A DNA stretch of 64,000 bases from an uncultured Ignavibacteria bacterium (GTDB lineage Bacteria; Bacteroidota; Ignavibacteria; Tepidaquicellales; OLB5): NCBI GenBank assembly GCA_937873695.1, contig CALMYL010000030.1, positions 10,171-74,170 of the forward strand. Reading direction: 5' to 3'. The position numbers were made by a program, and so were the translations under genes. This document shows, in pieces, positions 53,502-63,987 of this stretch (the stretch's first letter is position 1; every line of letters starts with the position of its first letter). The notes beneath the pieces were generated by a model. It worked only from the letters and a program-made list of their open reading frames with translations. It searched no databases and was not told the DNA's origin.

Positions 53502-54758
53502 CTATTTCGCCGGGAGGATTTTTCCTGCAACTTCTCCAAATCCAACTTTGTAACCCTTACCATTACAATAGCCGTTTATTATCAAAGTGTCACCGTCGTT
53601 TATAAATTTTCTTTCTTCGCCCCCGGGGAGCTTGATAGGATTTTCACCGCGCCAGGTAAGCTCAAGCATTGAACCGTATGAATCTTTAGTTGGCCCGCTG
53701 ATAGTACCTGATGCCATCATATCTCCTGTTTTGGTATTGCAGCCGTTAACAGTATGATGTGCCAATTGCTGGCAAATGTTCCAGTACATATATTTAAAAT
53801 TAGAACCTGAAATTTTGAACGGTTCCTTTTCTTTTTCACTCTTTAAATAAACATCAAGGTTAATATCATATGCCCATTCACCTTCTGCAGCAAGATATTT
53901 CATAGGTTTGGGGTCCTGTTCGGGACCTTTAACCCTGAAAGGCTCCAGCGCTTCCATAGTAACAATCCAGGGTGATATGGAAGTTGCAAAGTTTTTAGCT
54001 AAAAACGGTCCAAGCGGCTGGTATTCCCAAGTCTGTATGTCACGCGCGCTCCAGTCGTTAACAAGTACCATCCCAAAAATATGGTCATAAGTTCTATCAA
54101 CGGGAATAGCTTCTCCAAGTGAATTTCCGGGTCCGATAAAAAAGCCCATTTCCAGCTCAAAATCAAGCAATTTTGTCGGGCCGAACACTGGATTCTCCTC
54201 ATTCGCAGGTTTCGTCTGCCCTTTTGGGCGGGTAACATTAGTTCCGCTCACAACAATTGAACTTGCCCTGCCATGGTAGCCTATCGGGATGTGCAGCCAG
54301 TTAGGCATCAGTGCGTTATCTTTTCCGCGGAACATTATACCGACATTTGTTGCATGCTCACGGGAGGAATAAAAATCAGTGTAGTCGCCAATTTCAGCAG
54401 GCAGGCACATAACAACATCGTTCATAGGTGTGAATACTATCTTCTGCAATTCCTTATCATCACGCAGCATCGGATTCTCATCACTAAGGGCAGTCTGCAG
54501 CACGGCGCGTACCTGTTTCCAAGCCTCTCTTCCAAGAGCCATAAAAGCATTCAGACTGGGCCGGTTGAATATTTTTTTATCACCAAGAACAGTCTTCTTA
54601 AAGTAGCCCTTTTCTTCAAGTATTGCAAGATCGATAACATAATCGCCTATAGCGGTGCCGCAAACAGGCTCTGAGCCTACCTTTAATTTGTAAACGCCGT
54701 AAGGCAGATTCTGAATAGGAAAATGTGAATCAGGTGAAACATCAATAAAAGATCTCAT
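53502..54758 (-). CDS. Fumarylacetoacetase
   Basis: 418 aa with SHFPIQNLPYGVY, DFELEMGFFIG and NDWSARDIQ.WEY.PLGPF. Confidence 0.9.
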   Translation of the reverse strand: MRSFIDVSPDSHFPIQNLPYGVYKLKVGSEPVCGTAIGDYVIDLAILEEKGYFKKTVLGDKKIFNRPSLNAFMALGREAWKQVRAVLQTALSDENPMLRDDKELQKIVFTPMNDVVMCLPAEIGDYTDFYSSREHATNVGIMFRGKDNALMPNWLHIPIGYHGRASSIVVSGTNVTRPKGQTKPANEENPVFGPTKLLDFELEMGFFIGPGNSLGEAIPVDRTYDHIFGMVLVNDWSARDIQTWEYQPLGPFLAKNFATSISPWIVTMEALEPFRVKGPEQDPKPMKYLAAEGEWAYDINLDVYLKSEKEKEPFKISGSNFKYMYWNICQQLAHHTVNGCNTKTGDMMASGTISGPTKDSYGSMLELTWRGENPIKLPGGEERKFINDGDTLIINGYCNGKGYKVGFGEVAGKILPAK

Positions 54759-54826
54759 TGTTAAATAGCTCCAAATTTAAAAATAATCTTTGAATAAAAA
54801 ATACACGTAATCAAAATGATCGGGAT

Positions 54827-55801
54827 TCAAAACAGTTCTAAAGATCTCAGATCGTCAACGGGCTCATCAAAGCTGCAGCTGCCGTATGACAGCATAAATT
54901 TTTCCCGGGCTGCCTTTATTTCACCTATGGTAATTTCATTTTCATTCCAGGTTAAACCGTTTTCGGTAAACAAAAATTCATACGGATCCTCATCAGTCAA
55001 CACTTCTATAATTTCCGTTTCATCAAGATTACTTGTATAAGCCAGAATGCCCGCTGCAAATACATTCATGAAACCGTGCATGACCGCTTTTACTTCATCG
55101 TCGTAATGCCTTATAGGATGGTGAAGTCCGGCTGTGCATTTCATTGGTACATCAAACTCACAGCATGTCATAATTGCAAAAGCTATAACTTCCGGTTCCG
55201 GGAAAGCGCTTGCTTCAGTTCCGCCTGTCCTTAGTTTATAACCGCAGCCTTTGTTTAACGCGCCTATTGTTTCAACTGTACGGATGATCTCTGCCTCATA
55301 ATTTTTTGTGAGGTTCACTTCAAAAAAAACGGGTATATTCCTCCCCAGAATATTTTCCAGCGAAGATGACACTCCTGAAATGGTTTTTATCAGCTCACTG
55401 TTATCTTCACTATTAAACAGATCAGAAGGCAGCCTGAGCTCGAACGCATCTACTGAAACAGCCCCGGGATACTTTGATACAAATCCTTTTATTTCTTCAG
55501 CATCTTTTCTAAAAAGCTCGCTGAACTCATGGGTGTTATCACTGCCTGAGCCTATTACCGATAGCGGCACCTTACCTTCTATTTTCATATCATCAAGTAA
55601 ATTTCCAAGTTCAGCAAGTCTCCTGGCGGGAATGATGAATTTACCGAGCATCCATTTGTATTCGCCCAGACGGTAGAATACAAAATTATGGAAAGCCTGG
55701 GCAAGCTCAAGACTTGCCGGAGGGAACAAACCGGCATAGTCAATGATACTGCCGCAGAATTCTTTTAAGCTGATTATTGGTTTAACGTGATTTGTAGTCA
55801 T
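54827..55801 (-). CDS. Conserved-looking hypothetical protein, function unknown
   Basis: 324 aa of non-repetitive globular sequence with CGYKLRTGG and KCTAGLHHPIRH motifs. I cannot name a family. Confidence 0.65.
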   Translation of the reverse strand: MTTNHVKPIISLKEFCGSIIDYAGLFPPASLELAQAFHNFVFYRLGEYKWMLGKFIIPARRLAELGNLLDDMKIEGKVPLSVIGSGSDNTHEFSELFRKDAEEIKGFVSKYPGAVSVDAFELRLPSDLFNSEDNSELIKTISGVSSSLENILGRNIPVFFEVNLTKNYEAEIIRTVETIGALNKGCGYKLRTGGTEASAFPEPEVIAFAIMTCCEFDVPMKCTAGLHHPIRHYDDEVKAVMHGFMNVFAAGILAYTSNLDETEIIEVLTDEDPYEFLFTENGLTWNENEITIGEIKAAREKFMLSYGSCSFDEPVDDLRSLELF

Positions 55802-55949
55802 TAATGATCTGAAATTTCCTTCTTTATGTGCTTAATTGTGCAAAATTCATCGGGAATATACAAAAACCTGAATATATAACAGCAAACATAACATATATAA
55901 TAGATAAAAGAAATTGAGTAAACCGGGTCAAAAACATAATGCCGGTTTT

Positions 55950-55978
55950 TTGAGGATTTTATCTTTTTGTGATATAAT
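55950..55978 (+). promoter_or_regulatory. Promoter candidate with an extended -10 (TTGAGG-17 nt-TATAAT, preceded by TGA)
   Basis: Counted directly. It lies about 40 nt upstream of the 168-aa ORF. Confidence 0.5.
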
Positions 55979-56019
55979 ATATCTTTGCTGGATATTTTAA
56001 GAACATAAATTCACATATC

Positions 56020-56526
56020 ATGTCAGAAGAAAAAATTACTGCGGAACAAAATGAGGAATCTTCAGGCAGTTTCCTTGAAAAAGCAAAAAGCGCAGTCACA
56101 ACTGTATCAGAAAAAATTGTTGAAATGAAAGATGATGTAATTGGCGATGAACAGAAAGCCATTATGGATGAATTCAAAGAATCAAGCATTGGCAAAGTTA
56201 AACAGGTTATGGAAGAAATTAACAATTCGCTTGGTATAATAACCAGATCAGGGTATGAATTCAAAGGTGTAAATGTATCACTCGGACTTCCTCCATCGGT
56301 ATCAACTTCATTCCACTACAAGAAGGATATTCCCGATGATGAAAAGGCGGCATTACTTGAAGAAGCGAAAGAAAAAAAATTCGTAAGCATGACACTTAAG
56401 TGCCTCTTCAAAGCAGGTGATTTTTATCACTCAATAAAACTGGGGGAATACACTCTTGACGGTGTAAGTATTACACTTGGATTAACGCCCGGTGTAAGCG
56501 TAGGATTCAAGAAAAAAGGCTCCTGA
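56020..56526 (+). CDS. Hypothetical protein with an internal duplication
   Basis: 168 aa with an acidic N-terminal half and two related segments (GYEFKGVNVSLGLPPSVSTSFHYKK and EYTLDGVSITLGLTPGVSVGFKKK). Confidence 0.6.
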   Translation: MSEEKITAEQNEESSGSFLEKAKSAVTTVSEKIVEMKDDVIGDEQKAIMDEFKESSIGKVKQVMEEINNSLGIITRSGYEFKGVNVSLGLPPSVSTSFHYKKDIPDDEKAALLEEAKEKKFVSMTLKCLFKAGDFYHSIKLGEYTLDGVSITLGLTPGVSVGFKKKGS

Positions 56527-56554
56527 AATTTTTTAAATCACAAATAAAGACTGT

Positions 56555-57487
56555 ATGTATAAACTGAGTGCCGTATTGATATTAATTATGACCATTTGTC
56601 AATCCATATACTCCCAGGAAACCAAACCGCAGCTTTCAATAACTATTGATGACCCGAATACTGAAAACTCAGGTAACTTAACCTGGATGGAAAAGGATGA
56701 CGCAATACTTGAAACGCTCGATAAACATGGCATCAAAGCTGCGCTTTTTGTTTGCGGAAAACGGATAAACAGCGCAGAAGGCAAAGTGCTGCTGAATAAG
56801 TGGAATGAAAAGGGTCACATGATATGCAATCATTCTTATTCTCACAGCTATTACCATTCAAAGAAGATAACTCCGGAAGTTTTTGAGAATGATTTTCTGA
56901 GATGTGATTCAATTATTAACGGCTATTCAGGTTACTCAAAATTATTCAGGTATCCATACCTGAAAGAAGGAGATACCCCTGAAAAAAGAGACGGGTTCAG
57001 GAAATTCATGCATGAAAAGGGATACAAACATGGTTATGTTACAATTGACGCATCAGACTGGTATATTGATTCGAGAGCTGTTGATACTCTAAAAGTAAGC
57101 CCGGCGCTGGATCTTACTCCGTATAAGGAATATTATATCACCCATATTTATAACAGGGCAATGTTCTACGATAGCCTTGCTGTTAAACTGACCGGAAGGC
57201 ATATTAAACACACCCTGCTATTGCATCACAATTTTATCAATTCACAGTTCCTGGGTGAGCTGCTCATTCATTTCGAAAAAAATGGCTGGGAGCTTATTAA
57301 CGCATCTGATGCATTTAACGATGAAGTATTCACAGAAGAACCTGATATACTGCCGGCTGGTGAAAGCATTATATGGGCACTGGCAAAAGAAACCGGAAAT
57401 TACGAAAACGTGTTAAGATATCCGGGTGAAGATTCTGAATATGAAGAAATACCTCTTAATAATCTACTGAAAACATATTATAAATAA
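56555..57487 (+). CDS. Polysaccharide deacetylase (NodB-like) family protein
   Basis: 310 aa with a signal peptide, LSITIDDP, CNHSYSH and FRYPYLKEG. Confidence 0.65.
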   Translation: MYKLSAVLILIMTICQSIYSQETKPQLSITIDDPNTENSGNLTWMEKDDAILETLDKHGIKAALFVCGKRINSAEGKVLLNKWNEKGHMICNHSYSHSYYHSKKITPEVFENDFLRCDSIINGYSGYSKLFRYPYLKEGDTPEKRDGFRKFMHEKGYKHGYVTIDASDWYIDSRAVDTLKVSPALDLTPYKEYYITHIYNRAMFYDSLAVKLTGRHIKHTLLLHHNFINSQFLGELLIHFEKNGWELINASDAFNDEVFTEEPDILPAGESIIWALAKETGNYENVLRYPGEDSEYEEIPLNNLLKTYYK

Positions 57488-57491
57488 CAAA

Positions 57492-57947
57492 ATGTCAGCA
57501 GACCTGAGCAGGATCACAAAAAAGTATACCAATGGAGAAGTAACAATTGTCTGGAAACCTTCAAGGTGTATCCATTCAAAAAATTGTTTTAACGGTCTGC
57601 CGGCTGTATTTGACCCGACAAAACGTCCATGGATAGACGCTAAGGGCTCTGATACATCTCACATAATTGAACAGGTTAAGCAATGCCCTTCAGCAGCATT
57701 AAGCTACTACCTGAATTCAGAAGGCGAAAAGACCGAAGTGAACACCCCAAATGAAACAATTCAAACAGAAACTGTAATTGAAGCAAAACCCAACGGTCCT
57801 TTATTTGTCTATGGTAATATTTCTATAAAAAAAGAAAACGGCACCGTAGAAAAGAGATCTGATTTAACGGCATTCTGCCGCTGCGGCAATTCAGGCAATA
57901 AGCCTTTTTGTGACGGCTCTCATTTAAAAGCTGAATTCAGAGGATAA
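57492..57947 (+). CDS. Iron-sulfur protein: divergent 4Fe-4S mono-cluster domain plus CDGSH domain
   Basis: 151 aa with VTIVWKPSRCIHSKNCFNGLP...RPWI and CRCGNSGNKPFCDGSH. Confidence 0.75.
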   Translation: MSADLSRITKKYTNGEVTIVWKPSRCIHSKNCFNGLPAVFDPTKRPWIDAKGSDTSHIIEQVKQCPSAALSYYLNSEGEKTEVNTPNETIQTETVIEAKPNGPLFVYGNISIKKENGTVEKRSDLTAFCRCGNSGNKPFCDGSHLKAEFRG

Positions 57948-57951
57948 TAAA

Positions 57952-58263
57952 ATGTATTCATACGAAACACTATCAGAGGCTTTAAACGATCTTGCCCAAC
58001 GCGGTTATGTACATAATTTCAATATTGAGTGTGATTCAATTAAATGTGCCTCACTTGAGCTGAAACTGAATCCTGAAGAGTTTAGAATTACAGAGTTCTA
58101 CCGGTTTGAAGGTGATTCTAACCCGGATGATGAAGAAATTGTTTATGCTATTGAATCAAAAGACGGTATAAAAGGTACATTGGTTAATGCATATGGAATG
58201 TATTCAGAAGAAATAAGTGATGAAATTATAGCCAAGTTAAAAATATCAGGGCAAAACCCTTAA
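57952..58263 (+). CDS. Small hypothetical protein
   Basis: 103 aa with globular composition, tightly packed in a same-strand gene run. Confidence 0.55.
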   Translation: MYSYETLSEALNDLAQRGYVHNFNIECDSIKCASLELKLNPEEFRITEFYRFEGDSNPDDEEIVYAIESKDGIKGTLVNAYGMYSEEISDEIIAKLKISGQNP

Positions 58264-58264
58264 A

Positions 58265-59416
58265 ATGAAATTAAAGAGTACTGAATTAAGTTTAAATGAT
58301 GCAAAGGATCTTTTTCTTAACAGGCAATTTTTCCATACAGGACTGGATGCTGAACCGAAGAAAAAAGTCAGTGCTGTTATCGAACAACTGGGATACATCC
58401 AAATTGATACTATTTCAATTGTTGAGCGGGCACACAAACATGTATTGTGGAGCCGTTTGCCGGCATACAGGAATGAAATGCTGGATGAACTTATTGATAA
58501 GGACAAAAAAGTATTTGAGTTCTGGGATCACGCGGCAGCGTATATGCCAATGAAACATTTCAGGTTCACCCTGCCGAGAAAAGAAATGTATGCAAAAAAA
58601 TACAAGCATTGGGAAAAGAAAAACAGGAAATTACTTAATCTGATAATTGACAGAATTACCTCTGAAGGTCCGCTTCAATCACGTGATTTTGAAGAATCAA
58701 AAAAGCGCGGCCAATGGTGGGACTGGAAACCCGCCAAAGAAGGACTGGAATTTCTTTTCCATACCGGCAGGCTTACCGCAAAAGCACGAAAGGGATTTCA
58801 GAAAGTTTATGACCTGCCGGAGAGAACGCTTCCTCGAAATACAAAGCTTACAGTGCCTTCGGATGATGAATTATCAGAGCATCTGATAACCAAAGCAATT
58901 TCCGCGAACGGAATTTCATCCGAAAGAGAATTTACATACCTTAGGCATCACAACAGGTCAGCTACAAAACATACTATAAACAGGCTGCTGGAAGAAAAAA
59001 AGATAGTACGGATTAAGATCAAAGAAATTGAAAATGAAGAGTATTACTCAACAAACAAAATACTTCAGTCTATTTCTTCATATAAAACAGAGCCCGGAGT
59101 CCATATACTTTCGCCTTTTGATAACATAGTTATCCAGCGAAAGCGATTACTTGATCTTTTTGGATTCGAGTATTTTATTGAGTGCTACATCCCTGCCCCG
59201 AAAAGAAAATACGGCTATTTCTGCCTTCCGGTATTATTTGGAAATAAGTTCGCCGGACGTATTGATGCAAAAGCTGACAGAAGGTCAGGCAAATTTATCA
59301 TCATTAATGAGTTTTGGGAAAACGGCTTTCGCTTTGATGAGGAATTTGCAGCAAAATATGAACATAAGCTAAAAGAAATTGCGGAATTTTCAGGATGTAC
59401 TGAAATTTCAAGATAA
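58265..59416 (+). CDS. Winged-helix DNA-binding protein, YcaQ/AlkZ-like (crosslink-repair glycosylase family)
   Basis: 383 aa with QLGYIQIDTISIVERAHKHVLWSRLPAY and GYFCLPVLFGNKFAGRIDAKADR. Confidence 0.75.
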   Translation: MKLKSTELSLNDAKDLFLNRQFFHTGLDAEPKKKVSAVIEQLGYIQIDTISIVERAHKHVLWSRLPAYRNEMLDELIDKDKKVFEFWDHAAAYMPMKHFRFTLPRKEMYAKKYKHWEKKNRKLLNLIIDRITSEGPLQSRDFEESKKRGQWWDWKPAKEGLEFLFHTGRLTAKARKGFQKVYDLPERTLPRNTKLTVPSDDELSEHLITKAISANGISSEREFTYLRHHNRSATKHTINRLLEEKKIVRIKIKEIENEEYYSTNKILQSISSYKTEPGVHILSPFDNIVIQRKRLLDLFGFEYFIECYIPAPKRKYGYFCLPVLFGNKFAGRIDAKADRRSGKFIIINEFWENGFRFDEEFAAKYEHKLKEIAEFSGCTEISR

Positions 59417-59632
59417 TTTTTTACCACATTATCGGTATTTACTAAAGCTTATGGATTCATTAGTTTGCACTCATTAATGAAATTCAGCATACTCATTCGA
59501 TCCGTTATGAATTTACAATTATACATTTTATCTGACAAGATCCTTTGTTTTTCGCATTAAAAGCGTAAACAAACTTCATTTAGATTGTTGTTTTTGAATT
59601 AACCACATCCATAAATTCAAAAAAAGGACATC

Positions 59633-60715
59633 ATGAAGCACCCTATTATTTTTTTATCGCTCATCTTATTTATCCGTTTGGTTTATTCACAGCAGGAAGT
59701 GAATATTACAGAACATTTTGAAGGCAGCTGGCTTCCCTCCGGGTGGAGCGCTGCAACTTTTTCTGAAAGTTCCACACAGAACCATACCGCAAGCGGATCA
59801 AAATCTGCTGCATACCCATTTCTTGGTGTATTAAGTTCAGGAAATATCACTTCTGTGCCGTTCAGCGTTTTGAACGGTGAAAGTTTTGATACCATTTCAT
59901 TCTGGCTGAGAAGGTCTTCATTACTTTCACTTTCGGGTACTCTGAGTGTTAAGTTGATCGGAACCGCTACAGATGTTACCCTTGAATCAATTTCACTTTC
60001 TTCCCTGCTTAATAATACATGGACTAAATATTCATATTCTTATAATGTTTCTGCTGATGATGATATTTCCCTGGTCCTTGAAGTTTCCGCACTCATATCA
60101 ACAGGAAACCTATACCTTGATGACGTAAGGATACATAAATCAATCACACTTCCGGTAAGCATGAACTATTTCACCTGTTCGGTAAACAGGAATATTGTTA
60201 ATTTATCTTGGCAGACAGGCTGGGAAATAAACAACTCAGGTTTTTTTATAGAACGCCAAATGGCGGGCTTGGAAAGTTGGGAATCCGCAGGCCATGTTAC
60301 AGGATCAGGTAACAGCAGTTTTCCTGTAAATTATACTGCAGTCAATACTGCAGATAAACCCGGCAAGTACAAATACAGGCTTAAGCAAACAGATTATAAC
60401 GGAAATTTTGAATACTATGAACTGAATGAAATTGTTGTTATTAAGCCGCCGGAACTTACCAGTCTTGAACAAAATTATCCAAATCCTTCAAATCCATCTG
60501 CAGTTATTTGCTTCACTCTGCAGAATGCGGGTTATGTAAAACTGGAGATATTCAGCATTACTGGACAAAGTTTATCGGTACTTATTGATGAATACAAAGA
60601 AGGAGGCTATCACTCAATCAACTTTGATGGTTCCAATATGGCTTCGGGTATTTACTTTTATCGTTTATCCGCAGAGGATTTCTCTGAAACAAAAAGATTA
60701 ACACTTATAAAGTAA
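59633..60715 (+). CDS. T9SS cargo protein with C-terminal sorting domain
   Basis: 360 aa with a signal peptide and C-terminus QNYPNPSNPSAVICFTL...GIYFYRLSAEDFSETKRLTLIK. Confidence 0.8.
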   Translation: MKHPIIFLSLILFIRLVYSQQEVNITEHFEGSWLPSGWSAATFSESSTQNHTASGSKSAAYPFLGVLSSGNITSVPFSVLNGESFDTISFWLRRSSLLSLSGTLSVKLIGTATDVTLESISLSSLLNNTWTKYSYSYNVSADDDISLVLEVSALISTGNLYLDDVRIHKSITLPVSMNYFTCSVNRNIVNLSWQTGWEINNSGFFIERQMAGLESWESAGHVTGSGNSSFPVNYTAVNTADKPGKYKYRLKQTDYNGNFEYYELNEIVVIKPPELTSLEQNYPNPSNPSAVICFTLQNAGYVKLEIFSITGQSLSVLIDEYKEGGYHSINFDGSNMASGIYFYRLSAEDFSETKRLTLIK

Positions 60716-60745
60716 GCAGGTTCCACCTAAAAAAAATTGTATAAC

Positions 60746-60785
60746 AAAGGCCTGAAAATTGAGATTTTCGGGCTTTGTTTTTGTA
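60746..60785 (+). terminator. Intrinsic terminator candidate after the 360-aa gene
   Basis: AAAGGCCTGAAAAT-TGAG-ATTTTCGGGCTTT followed by a T run. The stem includes G:T wobbles. Confidence 0.55.
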
Positions 60786-60901
60786 ACTAAGTTCATTTAC
60801 AAATATTTCTTTGAATTTACATATTTTTACAGAAAAATGAATCATTAAAAGCTATATTTGTGTTAGAATATTACCGAAAAGAACGAAAAACTTGAAAGAT
60901 C

Positions 60902-63391
60902 ATGAATGAATTTTTTAGAGACTTTTTTCTTAAAACAGCATTAATAATAGCGGCTTTAATTATATCAGGTTCGTTAACCTCTCAGCTAAGAGCGCAGGAA
61001 ACCGGCACGATTTCCGGATCAGTAATAGATAAAACAACAGGATTGCCTGTTGAAGGTGCGGATATTACCGTTAACAGAGTTAAAGATTCATCGTTTGTAA
61101 AGGGAACCCAGACTGATGCTGCGGGGCAGTTTACTTTAAGCGGGGTACCTTTCGGCAAATTTTATCTGAAAGCAAATCTTGTGGGTTACAATCTTTCTGT
61201 TGTAAGCGGAGTCACAATAAACCCGAATAATCTTACGGTTGCGCTTGAGCCGATAAAATTGTCATCCGGCAATACAACCACCGATGAGATTGTAGTTGAA
61301 AGCGAAAAAAGCCAGATTGAATTCCGCCCGGATAAAAAAGTATTCAATGTAGGCAAAAACATTACTAACCAGGGCAGTTCAGTGATTGACCTACTTAAGG
61401 AAATACCTTCTGTAACAGTTGACCAGGATAACAATATCAGTCTCCGCGGCAGTGAGGGCGTAAAAATAATGATAGACGGCAGGCCATCGGGTCTTGAAGG
61501 AACTAACCGCGGCGATATGCTTGCGCAGATATCGGCAACGCAGGTAGAAAGTATTGAGCTCATTACAAATCCTTCGGCAAAATATGAGGCCGAAGGTTCT
61601 TCGGGTATAATAAATATTGTAATGAAAAAGAACGAGAACCGCGGACTTGGATATAATGGTTCACTTGGCCTGAACATTGGAACCCGCGATAAATACAGCG
61701 GGCAGTTCAGTTTCAGCCTTAAGAATAAGAAATATAATTTTTACGGAAATTACGGTTACAATTCAAACCGGATGATATTTACCGGACTGAATGAAAGATT
61801 TAACTATATCAACTCAGACTCCTACTTCACAGATGAAACCAGTAATGCACGCGGGCATATGCGCGGACATAATGCAAAGTTCGGCGTAGATCTTTTCCTG
61901 GACCCATCAAACACTCTTGGTTTTTCTTTTAACCTAAGGGGTACCAAACGCAGCAGGTTTGATGTGACCGATGACATGGTTTATAATAATTCCAATACAT
62001 TAACTTCTCAGTATTTTAATACTACAACTCACGAAGATGACGGTTTCAATTATGATATCGCGGCAAATTATACATTAAAATTCAAAAAGCCCCAGCAGGT
62101 GTTTACGGCAGATCTTTCCTTTTCAAGAGATAAAGATGATGAAGTAACCAATACGTATGATACATATATCACCCCTATTATACCCGAGCCTGTTAACAGG
62201 AATGAATTCAGCAAGGAAACCGATGACGCTTATATAGCTGAGCTGAATTACGTTCATCCGTTCAGTAAAGATTCCAGAATTGAAACAGGCTTCCGCGGAA
62301 GCTATAAAAAGCGGGATAACGATTACAGGCTTGAAAACTATGATTACCAGAACAGCCAGTATGTAACAAGTCTGAACTCTTCCAACAGGTTCATTTACAA
62401 AGAACAGATCAATGCTTTTTACGGGATATACACCAACCAGCTTGGAAACTTCGGATTTTCTTTGGGTACAAGGATAGAGCAGACAATTGTTAAAGGAGAG
62501 CTTATGAACAACGGCCAGACCTTTGACAGGAGTTATGTTGATTTCTTCCCGAGCGCAAGCATATCTCAGAAATTAAGTAAAACCAGTGAAATTCAGTTAA
62601 GCTATGCAAGAAGGGTCAATCGCCCCAGATCAAGACAGCTTAACCCGTTTGTTACTATAAGTATGATGGGAGGTACAAACACACTTTCGCAGGGAAACCC
62701 TGATCTGAATCCTGAATTCACCGACGCATTTGAACTGAGTTATATTCAGTACCTGCCGTTTGCAACAATTACTCCCACTTTTTTCTACAGGCAGACAAAA
62801 GACCAGATATCGCGCTCAAGAACATTGATAGACAGCATAACAACGCTTTCAACATTTGTGAATTATAATAAATCAAAGTTCTACGGAGGCGAACTTATTC
62901 TTAACGCGACTCCTGTGAAGACCTGGACACTCAATGGAACATTCAGTTACTACAAAACTGAAATTGACGCATCCAATTTAGGCAGCGGATTATCTAACAG
63001 CGGTTACTCGTGGACTGCCAGGGCTATGTCAACGCTTGTTCTTCCGGCTGATATGAGCCTGCAGGTATCATATTTCTACTCCGGGAAACATTATAACGCG
63101 CAGGGAACATTTGAGCCCTTTTCTATGCTTGATGCCGCTTTCAAAAAGGATTTTTTCAATAAACGCCTTAGCCTGACCTTAAGGGTAAGCGATATTCTTG
63201 ACGCCGCAAAATTTAAGGCTAATATTAGCGGCGATGGATACTATGAAACTTTCGAAAGAAAACGTGACGCCAGAACGGTATTTCTTAATATAAGTTACAG
63301 ATTCGGGCAGCAGGAAAAGAACAAGTTTGACAAAGGTAAAAAACGGAATAACGACGATAATAATAATGGTGATGACGGAATGGATTATTAA
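60902..63391 (+). CDS. TonB-dependent receptor-like outer-membrane beta-barrel protein with an N-terminal carboxypeptidase-regulatory-like domain
   Basis: 829 aa with GTISGSVIDKTTGLPVEGADI, plug-like SVIDLLKEIPSVTVD..NISLRGS and the terminal ...VFLNISYRFG followed by a D/N-rich tail. Confidence 0.8.
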   Translation: MNEFFRDFFLKTALIIAALIISGSLTSQLRAQETGTISGSVIDKTTGLPVEGADITVNRVKDSSFVKGTQTDAAGQFTLSGVPFGKFYLKANLVGYNLSVVSGVTINPNNLTVALEPIKLSSGNTTTDEIVVESEKSQIEFRPDKKVFNVGKNITNQGSSVIDLLKEIPSVTVDQDNNISLRGSEGVKIMIDGRPSGLEGTNRGDMLAQISATQVESIELITNPSAKYEAEGSSGIINIVMKKNENRGLGYNGSLGLNIGTRDKYSGQFSFSLKNKKYNFYGNYGYNSNRMIFTGLNERFNYINSDSYFTDETSNARGHMRGHNAKFGVDLFLDPSNTLGFSFNLRGTKRSRFDVTDDMVYNNSNTLTSQYFNTTTHEDDGFNYDIAANYTLKFKKPQQVFTADLSFSRDKDDEVTNTYDTYITPIIPEPVNRNEFSKETDDAYIAELNYVHPFSKDSRIETGFRGSYKKRDNDYRLENYDYQNSQYVTSLNSSNRFIYKEQINAFYGIYTNQLGNFGFSLGTRIEQTIVKGELMNNGQTFDRSYVDFFPSASISQKLSKTSEIQLSYARRVNRPRSRQLNPFVTISMMGGTNTLSQGNPDLNPEFTDAFELSYIQYLPFATITPTFFYRQTKDQISRSRTLIDSITTLSTFVNYNKSKFYGGELILNATPVKTWTLNGTFSYYKTEIDASNLGSGLSNSGYSWTARAMSTLVLPADMSLQVSYFYSGKHYNAQGTFEPFSMLDAAFKKDFFNKRLSLTLRVSDILDAAKFKANISGDGYYETFERKRDARTVFLNISYRFGQQEKNKFDKGKKRNNDDNNNGDDGMDY

Positions 63392-63582
63392 AGCCCGGAT
63401 CTTCGCAGCCGGTTAAAGATCCGCAAAGCCGGTTCTGCTAAGAGCCGGTTTTGCCGTTTTTACGACAGATAAATGTCATATAATTTTATGATTCTTCTTG
63501 GCGTAAGATATTTGTATTTCAATACAGAAGTTTATTATATATTTTTGAGTGACATAATTTACAACTATAAGAGGATGTAATA

Positions 63583-63987
63583 ATGACACTACTGGATCTA
63601 TTGTACAACAAACCCGAACAGGTCCTTCTTGATGCAACAAACTCCCTGCTTAGAGCTCATCTGCCACATTACGAAAAATTCAAAGAGTCTGATATCAACA
63701 CAAGATACAGGAAACTTCTGGTTTCAGTTACTAAATGTGTGGAAAAGAATTCGTGTAACGACCTGGCATCTTACATGGATAAGCTGTCTGACGAGAGATT
63801 CTCAATGGGTTTTGAGCCTACTGAAGTACAGGTTGCGATCAACATTTTTGAAGAAGCCCTGTGGAAGAACATCAGCGAACTTGTTGATGGTGATAAACAA
63901 ATATCAGCAATGAAGCTTATTACCGGAATACTCAGCCGGGCAAAACAGGAAATGCTGGGAGAATACGCGATTCTTGAAAGAAGCTGA
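63583..63987 (+). CDS. Hypothetical protein (possibly an RsbRD N-terminal-like sensor domain)
   Basis: 134 aa of helical composition. The family resemblance is only a recollection. Confidence 0.5.
   Translation: MTLLDLLYNKPEQVLLDATNSLLRAHLPHYEKFKESDINTRYRKLLVSVTKCVEKNSCNDLASYMDKLSDERFSMGFEPTEVQVAINIFEEALWKNISELVDGDKQISAMKLITGILSRAKQEMLGEYAILERS

Noticed and set aside
55923-55952. A terminator-like hairpin (AAACCGG-loop-CCGGTTTTTT) in the divergent promoter region between the 324-aa and 168-aa genes
   Set aside because: No plus-strand gene ends upstream of it. It overlaps the -35 region of the promoter candidate at 55950-55978. The stem is only 7 bp with a 15-nt loop, which is too weak to call.
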